Assembly (NCBI GenBank): GCA_965644295.1
Contig: CBFFRP010000547.1
Location: 1 to 6,490 of the forward strand
Origin: Paraphysomonas bandaiensis
Lineage: Eukaryota; Protista; Chrysophyceae
Direction: 5' to 3'
DNA: 6,490 bases
The notes under the pieces were generated by a model. It was not told the DNA's origin. It did no database searches and saw only the letters and a list, made by a program, of their open reading frames with translations. Position 1 is the first letter of the stretch. Each line of letters opens with the position of its first letter. Position numbers and translations under genes: made by a program. Below, one piece after another: positions 1 to 6,310 of this stretch.

Positions 1-822
1 TACCTCCCCACTGGCGGCAGCGTCAGCTATGTAAATACCATAGTCATTATAGGTCCATTTGTTCCGATCTTGTGTTCGTCGTTCTGGATGAGAGCGGACC
101 CATCGGATTGGCCGCTGTCGATGATTTTCTGTGGCGAGGCATTCATAGAAGATGCCCTGGGGCTTTGTGCCGAGGGCTCGCCGCCGACGAGAGAGAGCTT
201 CTGTGGTTCGTGTTTGTACTGCTTGGCAGTCGGTGCACATAGGTACGGTGGGGGATACGAGTTTCGAGAACGTTAGGGCTGCTGACATTGCCAGGGTCTC
301 GTAGGTGTATGGGGTTATCCCGGGTAGGGTATGCTCGGGAGCTGTAAGTCGAAGGATTTTGGTTATTCCTGTGCTCCAGTTGGTTTTGGGCGGAAGCCAG
401 ACGATTGCTGCCCCCCCGTTGTGCGTTGCGGGCTGCGTGTGAGAGTCACCTAGTAGATGAGCAGGAGAGAGGTTAGTGCGTGTGAAAGAACCATCGGTGA
501 AGATGGCTTGAAAATCGTGTGGGTGATTGTCGTGCAGTTGGAGTTGGGATTGGACCCTGTCGGTGGTTTCTCGGAATTGGGGCGTGGCCGGAGACGGGGG
601 CTGCAGTTGGATTCCGAGCTGTTGTCCCCATTGGACCAGGCTAGTGATGTACAGGTCGATGTCTGGGTGGTTGTGGTCGTGACGTTGTAAGATGGATATG
701 GCGGCTCGCTTGGGTTCCCCTCCAAGGGTGATGGCTCTTTGCAGTGTGTGCCACTTTTGGGTCTGGGCACAGGTGGAGAACTTACGCAAGCCAAGTCCTT
801 TATGTTTCGTAGGTAGATAGAG
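1..822 (-). CDS. Partial non-LTR retrotransposon polyprotein: RT thumb/connection plus ribonuclease H domain; 5'-truncated and running off the left window edge
   Basis: Manual translation of the minus frame (codons 822..1) has no stop for 274 codons: LYLPTKHKGLGLRKF...QAIFTDGSFT...NGGAAIVW...TPYTYETLAMSAAL...MCTDCQAV...IRWVRSHPERR...WTYNDYGIYIADAAA. All RNase HI catalytic residues are present in order: D (493-495), E (298-300), D (229-231), H (88-90), D (22-24). LPxxxxGLG (787-816) matches the motif that follows non-LTR RT domains. The frame is not in the supplied ORF track because it has no stop inside the window. Confidence 0.9.
1..822 (-). mobile_element. 5'-truncated LINE-like (non-LTR) retrotransposon with RNase H
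   Basis: The RT-thumb then RNase H domain order is typical of these elements. The RT catalytic core is absent, and the GC-rich coding composition stops abruptly at ~822 where a tandem array starts. Confidence 0.8.
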
Positions 823-1140
823 ATGTTTCACGACGAGAACCATCAGTACCATCTGGGACAATATATCAGTCATGGTTTCAGATGTCACACGACGGCAGTT
901 ATAACAGTAGAAATGGTATCAGATGTTTCAGGACGACGAGAAACATCAGTGTCATTTGGGACAATATCAGTAATGACTTCAGATGACACACGACGGCAGT
1001 TATAACAGTTGAAATGGTATCAGATGTTTCACGACGACGAGAAACATCAGTACCATCTGGGACAATATCAGTAATGACTTCAGATATGTCACACGACGGC
1101 AGTTATAACAGTAGAAATGGTATCAGTTGTTTCACGACGA
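821..1140. repeat. Tandem minisatellite, ~101-bp unit, 3 full copies plus a partial copy
   Basis: Units start AGATGTTTCA at 821, 921 and 1022, and AGTTGTTTCA at 1125 (periods 100, 101, 103). All share CACACGACGGCAGTTATAACAGT(A/T)GAAATGGTATCAG. Confidence 0.95.
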
Positions 1141-1221
1141 GTGTGACCACGTGGCATTTCCCATGCCCTATCTACGTGGCTATAGTATCACGCTATTGAG
1201 TCACATGCATGGTTACATTGA

Positions 1222-1300
1222 CTTTTAGGACCCTCTATTGGTTTAGGACCCTATATCAGGACCCTATATATTGCTTTAGGACCTTCATTGTGTTCAGGAT
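1222..1300. repeat. Short degenerate repeat cluster of (TTT/TC)AGGACC(C)
   Basis: AGGACC occurs four times between 1228 and 1283, with a degenerate TTCAGGATAC at ~1293-1302. Spacing is irregular at 13-20 bp. Confidence 0.65.
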
Positions 1301-1465
1301 ACATATTATGCAACACCATTTGGACATTGGTAATGTATCACAGTGTACCTACATATTGAGCCAACGTTCGGGTATGATGTCCAATTTTATCTGCTGATGA
1401 TGATGTACGACTATGATCTGCTGCTGGTGACTTCGGTCGATGTGAAACCTGCTGCAAATTTATAT

Positions 1466-2116
1466 CAAAGTTATGTGGGCCCGTATTCCTGTATAGCAGT
1501 TGCAGTATATACTTCCATATACATACATACATGTATTACCCGTACTACCCTATAGGGGGGCAAGTACATGTACACTTGAGATGCACGAGTGTTTATGCAA
1601 GGCTTATTGGGGTTCGATTGCAAATGTGGTATACGTACTATACGAACCGTATTTATGTATTTCCTGGATTAGGGGGTTTTCAGTCTCTGGTAGGGTATAG
1701 ATACGTACGTAGTATACGGTGTACTCTCGGCATATGGTGGTGAGTCACTCCCTATCAGGTTGCTGTGTATTTTCAGTTTTTGATTGAAGAGTTACGCAAC
1801 CTGTGGTGGTGTGATGATACCACGTGTGTTGCACCATGTTAGGAGTGTGTGTGTGTGCATATATGCTTCTATGGTGTTTATCACTTGTTTTAAGTTAGAC
1901 CAAAGCTTGGTGCTAGTGAACTTGGGTGCCGGCGGTATACCATTGCGCGGTGGCTCTTTGCGGGAGTCACTAACTAAGTTTAGGTCTAGACTTAGAAAAG
2001 TGTTTTAATAATAATACCATTATTACTGTTCTTTGTTGGTTCAGTGTAGTAGGTGTTATAGTAGTACTATTGTTTACGAGCCAACACCCTGGTTATCAAA
2101 CCGGGTGTTGTTATAG
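1466..2116 (+). repeat. Left arm of inverted repeat 1 (651 bp)
   Basis: By-eye alignment to the reverse complement of 3102-3788 gives about 9 substitutions and 5 indels (33, 9, 4, 3, 1 bp), which account exactly for the 36-bp length difference. Confidence 0.97.
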
Positions 2117-2624
2117 TAAATATTTACTTTACTGCTCGTACAGAAATTTCTGTCTTTGCGCTGTTGTTTCACACTCTTATAAGAAACTAACTGCGACACG
2201 CTTCTTTGGGCTTGATTCTTTGGGTTTGTTGTCTGTTGCCTTCGGTTGCCTGTGGTTGTTGGTTGTCTGTGGTCCTCTGGGTGTGAGTTGTCAGTAGTCG
2301 TTCTCTAGGCTCTTTGTTCAGTGGTGATTGTTTGATTCACAGTGTGGTGACTGAGGAAATTCGGTTCTTTTCGAAGTCAATCGACCGTGGATACCGCCTG
2401 TGTGTTAACTGTTGTCACTTGTACAAATCCGACGGGTTCAACGGGTTTGAGTGTTGAGTGTTGAGTTTTTGGATTCTTACGCAGGGTTGTCTTTGGGATT
2501 TGTCTTGGTGTGTTGTTGAGATCTGGGTCAGTGGTTCTAGGAGTTGCCAGGGTTGCTTGTCTCAGCGTGTTAGGGAAAAGTTTGGTGGATATAGTCTTTG
2601 AGGCGGAAGTTCTTCTCAGTAACC

Positions 2625-3107
2625 ATGTCTACTCCGACTGGTAAAACGAGGAGAGGCGGCAAGAAAACTCCTGGGAAAGATCAGGAAGCCGCTGGTAGTG
2701 GTGAAACCAAACAAGATGCTGCTGGAGGTGTGCATGATGTCGTTCAGGAGTCTTCTGCTCCAAACATCAATCCAAACCAGGAGATTTTGGATACAGTTCG
2801 TGCCATGTCTCAGTCTTTTACAGAGGTGGCTACTGCAGTGTCTAACCTCAGCAGCAGGATGCAAATATTGGAGGATAGAGTACAAAATGTTGAGGATGGT
2901 GAGAGCAGTCAGTCTCAGGCTTCTGTGGGCTCACATCAGCGGCAAAAGGTTACCAAACGCGCGTCGAAACACAAACGTCAGCCTAGGTATTCTACTCTGG
3001 AAAACATGGCTAAGTTTCGCATTATTCCTCAGGAGGAAGATAGCAACAAGGAGGACGATGGTTCGAATCCCGATGTTGATGGTGATGGTGCTAATGATGT
3101 GCTATAA
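2625..3107 (+). CDS. Hypothetical 160-aa protein: disordered basic N-terminus, coiled coil, basic patch and acidic tail; possibly an N-terminal fragment of a retroelement Gag/ORF1-like protein
   Basis: ATG at 2625 in an AACCATGT context. Composition is protein-like, with a heptad-like segment VATAVSNLSSRMQILEDRVQNVE. The stop TAA (3105-3107) lies inside the right inverted arm. No family motif was recognised. Confidence 0.6.
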   Translation: MSTPTGKTRRGGKKTPGKDQEAAGSGETKQDAAGGVHDVVQESSAPNINPNQEILDTVRAMSQSFTEVATAVSNLSSRMQILEDRVQNVEDGESSQSQASVGSHQRQKVTKRASKHKRQPRYSTLENMAKFRIIPQEEDSNKEDDGSNPDVDGDGANDVL

Positions 3108-3788
3108 CAACACCCGGTTTGGCAACCAGGGCGTTGGCTCGTAAACAATAGTACTACTATAACACCTACACTGAACCAACAAAGAACAGTAATAACGGTA
3201 TTATTATTAAAACACTTTTCTAAGTCTAGACCTAAACTTAGTTAGTGACTCCCGCAAAGAGCCACCGCGCAATGGTATACCGCCGGCACCCAAGTTCACT
3301 AGCACCAAGCTTTGGTCTAACTTAAAACAAGTGATGAACACCATAGAAGCATATATGCACACACACACACTCCTAACATGGTGCAACACACGTGGTATCA
3401 TCACACCACCACAGGTTGCGTAACTCTTCAATCAAAAACTGAAAAATACACAGCAACCTGATAGGGAGTGACTCACCACCATATGCCGAGAGTACACCGT
3501 ATACTACGTATCTATACCCTACCAGAGACTGAAAACCCCATAATCCAGGAAATACATAAATACGGTACGTATAGTACGTATAGTACGCACACCACATTTG
3601 CAATCGAACCCCAATAAGCCTTGCATAAACACTCGTGCATCTGAAGTGTACAATAGCGACTTCTCTCTTATGATGGTCACATACATGTACTTGCCCCCCT
3701 ATAGGGTAGTACGGGTAATACATGTATGTATTTATATGGAAGTATATACTGCAACTGCTATACAGGAATACGGGCCCACATAACTTTG
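3102..3788 (-). repeat. Right arm of inverted repeat 1 (687 bp)
   Basis: Reverse complement of 1466-2116. The identical 74-aa ORFs 1784..2008(+) and 3207..3431(-) in the ORF track confirm the duplication. Confidence 0.97.
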
Positions 3789-4149
3789 TGTTGTCATCCC
3801 CGTATAGGAGGTTGGCTGTCATTGGAGTGAAAGCTTGGTTTGATAGTATACTGCTGTATATTGCACTATACTGTGGATGTATAGTATACAGGATATATAC
3901 AGTGTAGACAGCCAGCTACAGTAGGGTAACGGTATACTATTATACGGTGTATGATGACAATACGGTGTAGGATATGTACAGTCCAATATGTACAGTGGAT
4001 TGGTATAGAGTAAGGGCATATATATGTGCCCAAGCAGTGAGCTGTAGGTGTAGTCTGTGATAGAAGATAGATTAGAATGCTAGTCATTATTATCACAGAT
4101 AACCTCTGATAAAACAAGTTAATAACACTATCGTTTACTATCAACTTGT
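3787..4149 (+). repeat. Left arm of inverted repeat 2 (363 bp)
   Basis: By-eye alignment to the reverse complement of 5230-5602 gives about 23 substitutions and 3 indels (5, 7, 2 bp). The inner ~112 bp are identical. Confidence 0.97.
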
Positions 4150-5229
4150 TATAGTTCTTCGTCGTTCTTCACTGTTTCAATGAATGCAAAAGAAGAGTTA
4201 ATTCGGAATAAGTTGAAAAGTGTCTCAAACATATAATAGGGTATATGTTACATGGTGAAGTAAAGTACATATATTTTGTTCTGCAATTTGTATGGATTTA
4301 GTTGATGATCTTAATAGATTGTGTGAGAATCTTTGAGACAAAGTAATTCGGATGTTCAGTTGTTCGTTATGAGTTATGTTCAAATATTGTGCTACAATTA
4401 TAAAGGAAAGGAGTGATTGGTATTTCGACAATGCCGGTTCAGTGTTCGACAGCTTGTGAATTCAATGACCATGCAACATTATTTAATTCGTGCAGTGGTA
4501 CAGTGTGTGTGTTTTCTTTTTTCCTCGAATGACCCGTTGTTATTTATATTCCAATGGTTCTTAAAGTTACGCATTCGTGATGGTTGTGTGTGATGTTACG
4601 AAGAATATGTGTTCAACAGTATCATATTATCAGGAGTGTTATTGTAGCGACGACATTATTTGATCATAAATTTATTGGAGATTTTCCTGACAGCAAGTTT
4701 CAATTTCGATGATGGTTATCGGCAGCAGTTGAATGAATGACAAATAATTGCATCTGCATTCTCCATGTGAGTTTATAATGTTGACATTGTTGGGAGGAGT
4801 GTGATACTACTGTATACTCTTTCGAGAGTGTTATTTTCAAACAAATCCATCATTACTGCGAAGGATATAATGTCGAAAGAGTTCAATGCATTGGTCGATA
4901 GTTTATTTCAGTATGAGTTGGTGATATTATGAAGGAGAACTTGGTCCTTAGGCACGAACAAGGATCAGAGCTGGTTATATATGGCAGTTCAGAAGGTCGA
5001 CTACATGGTGCTCATTTGTGTGAGTTAAAGTCCAATACTGAGAGATATTTGGTTTCGAAAATTGCTTGCGGGCTAGGCCTACTTGTGTGCAGTTGGAACC
5101 TACTCTAATATTTGCAGATAAAATGCGTTGTTGATTATTATGGAGGAGTTTTTTTTTAGTGGAAATCATAAGAAGGTCCTGCGGAGGATAAAAGAGAAAA
5201 CAGGGAATGTTGTAAGGCAATAACAAGCC

Positions 5230-5602
5230 ACAAGTTGATAGTAAACGATAGTGTTATTAACTTGTTTTATCAGAGGTTATCTGTGATAATAATGACTAGC
5301 ATTCTAATCTATCTTCTATCACAGACTACACCTACAGCTCACACCTTGGGCATATATATGCCCTTACTCTATACCAATCCACTGTACATATTGGACTGTA
5401 CATATCCTACACCGTATTGTCATCATACTCCGTATAATGGTATACCGTTACTCTACTGTATACTGTAGCTGGCTGTCTTCACTACCATGTATATATCCTG
5501 TATACCAGGCACCCACTGTATAGTGCAGTATACTGCTGTATACTACCAAGCCAAGCTCACAATCCAACGACAGTCAATGTCCTATACGGGGATGACAACA
5601 CA
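5230..5602 (-). repeat. Right arm of inverted repeat 2 (373 bp; extends to ~5218 if a 7-bp insertion is allowed)
   Basis: Reverse complement of 3787-4149. ATAACAAG-CC-ACAAG-TTGAT at 5220-5239 suggests a small duplication at the inner edge. Confidence 0.97.
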
Positions 5603-5727
5603 CCCTCCTATGTTCAGTCCAACGCCTGATCTGCTTATCGTCCATAAGATTATGAACCTATAAATAAATATTAAATACCATGACATCAATCGGCTATTGC
5701 TCGACTGAGTCACAACCCCCCCCTTAA

Positions 5728-6310
5728 TGCTCTGTGTCATAGGCTTTAACATCCCAAATGAAACGCAGGCCTTTGCCTATAGACAACATAAAGTGCTCTG
5801 TGTCATAGGCTTTAACATCCCAAATGAAACGCAGGCAATTGTCTATAGGCAGAATAAAATAATGCTCTGTGTCATAGGCTTTAACATCCCAAATGAAACG
5901 CAGGCCTTTGCCTATAGACAACATAAAGTGCTCTGTGTCATAGGCTTTAACATCCCAAATGAAACGCAGGCAATTGTCTATAGGCAGAATAAAATAATGC
6001 TCTGTGTCATAGGCTTTAACATCCCAAATGAAACGCAGGCCTTTGCCTATAGACAACATAAAGTGCTCTGTGTCATAGGCTTTAACATCCCAAATGAAAC
6101 GCAGGCAATTGTCTATAGGCAGAATAAAATAATGCTCTGTGTCATAGGCTTTAACATCCCAAATGAAACGCAGGCCTTTGCCTATAGACAACATATAGTG
6201 CTCTGTGTCATAGGCTTTAACATCCCAAATGAAACGCAGGCAATTGTCTATAGGCAGAATAAAATAATGCTCTGTGTCATAGGCTTTAACATCCCAAATG
6301 AAACGCAGGC
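5728..6310. repeat. Higher-order tandem repeat: 135-bp dimer (66+69 bp) x4 plus one extra core; nine identical 43-bp cores
   Basis: TGCTCTGTGTCATAGGCTTTAACATCCCAAATGAAACGCAGGC starts at 5728, 5794, 5863, 5929, 5998, 6064, 6133, 6199 and 6268. Linkers strictly alternate between A (CTTTGCCTATAGACAACATAAAG, 23 bp; one SNP in the 4th copy) and B (AATTGTCTATAGGCAGAATAAAATAA, 26 bp). Confidence 0.98.

Larger units (their letters stand above)
1466..3788. mobile_element. Foldback unit 1: putative non-autonomous long-TIR element with a ~985-bp interior
   Basis: 1466-2116 is the reverse complement of 3102-3788. No transposase and no flanking direct repeat are visible. Mobility is inferred from the architecture only. 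Confidence 0.55.
3787..5602. mobile_element. Foldback unit 2: putative non-autonomous long-TIR element with TGT...ACA ends and a ~1080-bp interior
   Basis: 3787-4149 is the reverse complement of 5230-5602. The terminal 23 bp (TGTGTTGTCATCCCCGTATAGGA) match perfectly. No target-site duplication is visible. Confidence 0.55.

Noticed and set aside
70-794. ORFs 70..276(+), 457..690(+) and 450..794(-)
   Set aside because: These are shadow frames overlapping the real minus-strand RT-thumb/RNase H frame.
1222-1300. Telomeric TTTAGGG repeats
   Set aside because: The motif is TTTAGGACC with irregular spacers, not a contiguous telomeric tract.
1391-1450. Hammerhead ribozyme (CTGATGA ... GAAAC), as expected for Penelope-like repeats
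   Set aside because: The intervening sequence cannot form stem II adjacent to the core, and CTGATGA is part of a (TGA)n run.
2082-3136. Bona fide integron attC sites or cassette
   Set aside because: The junction heptamers do not fit GTTRRRY/RYYYAAC, the sites are inverted rather than direct, and no integrase is present. This is kept only as an analogy.
2616-3144. ORFs 2616..2885(-) and 2698..3144(+)
   Set aside because: They overlap the more protein-like 2625..3107 frame and have the composition of alternative-frame readings.
1784-3431. Duplicated 74-aa ORF (1784..2008 and 3207..3431) and other short ORFs in the arms
   Set aside because: Identity simply reflects the inverted repeat. The start is TTG, the ORF includes a (GT)n tract, and neighbouring arm ORFs are frameshifted between the copies.
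4150-5229. Alternative genetic code (TGA=Trp or TAA/TAG=Gln) opening a long ORF in interior 2
   Set aside because: Neither reassignment removed all stops in the frames examined, and the retroelement frame needs no recoding.
1466-5602. Inverted repeats as MDA chimera or read fold-back artefacts
   Set aside because: The arms differ by substitutions, microhomology-bounded indels and a loop inversion, and both units share junction motifs. Artefactual copies should be near-identical with arbitrary breakpoints. Read-level confirmation is still advisable.
3787-5602. RIP-like hypermutation explaining the TpA-rich arms
   Set aside because: Arm-to-arm differences are roughly half transversions, and CA/TG dinucleotides remain abundant.
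5728-6310. CRISPR array (identical repeats containing ATGAAAC with short spacers)
   Set aside because: The spacers are only two alternating, mutually homologous sequences. There are no cas genes in the window and the context is eukaryotic retroelement DNA.
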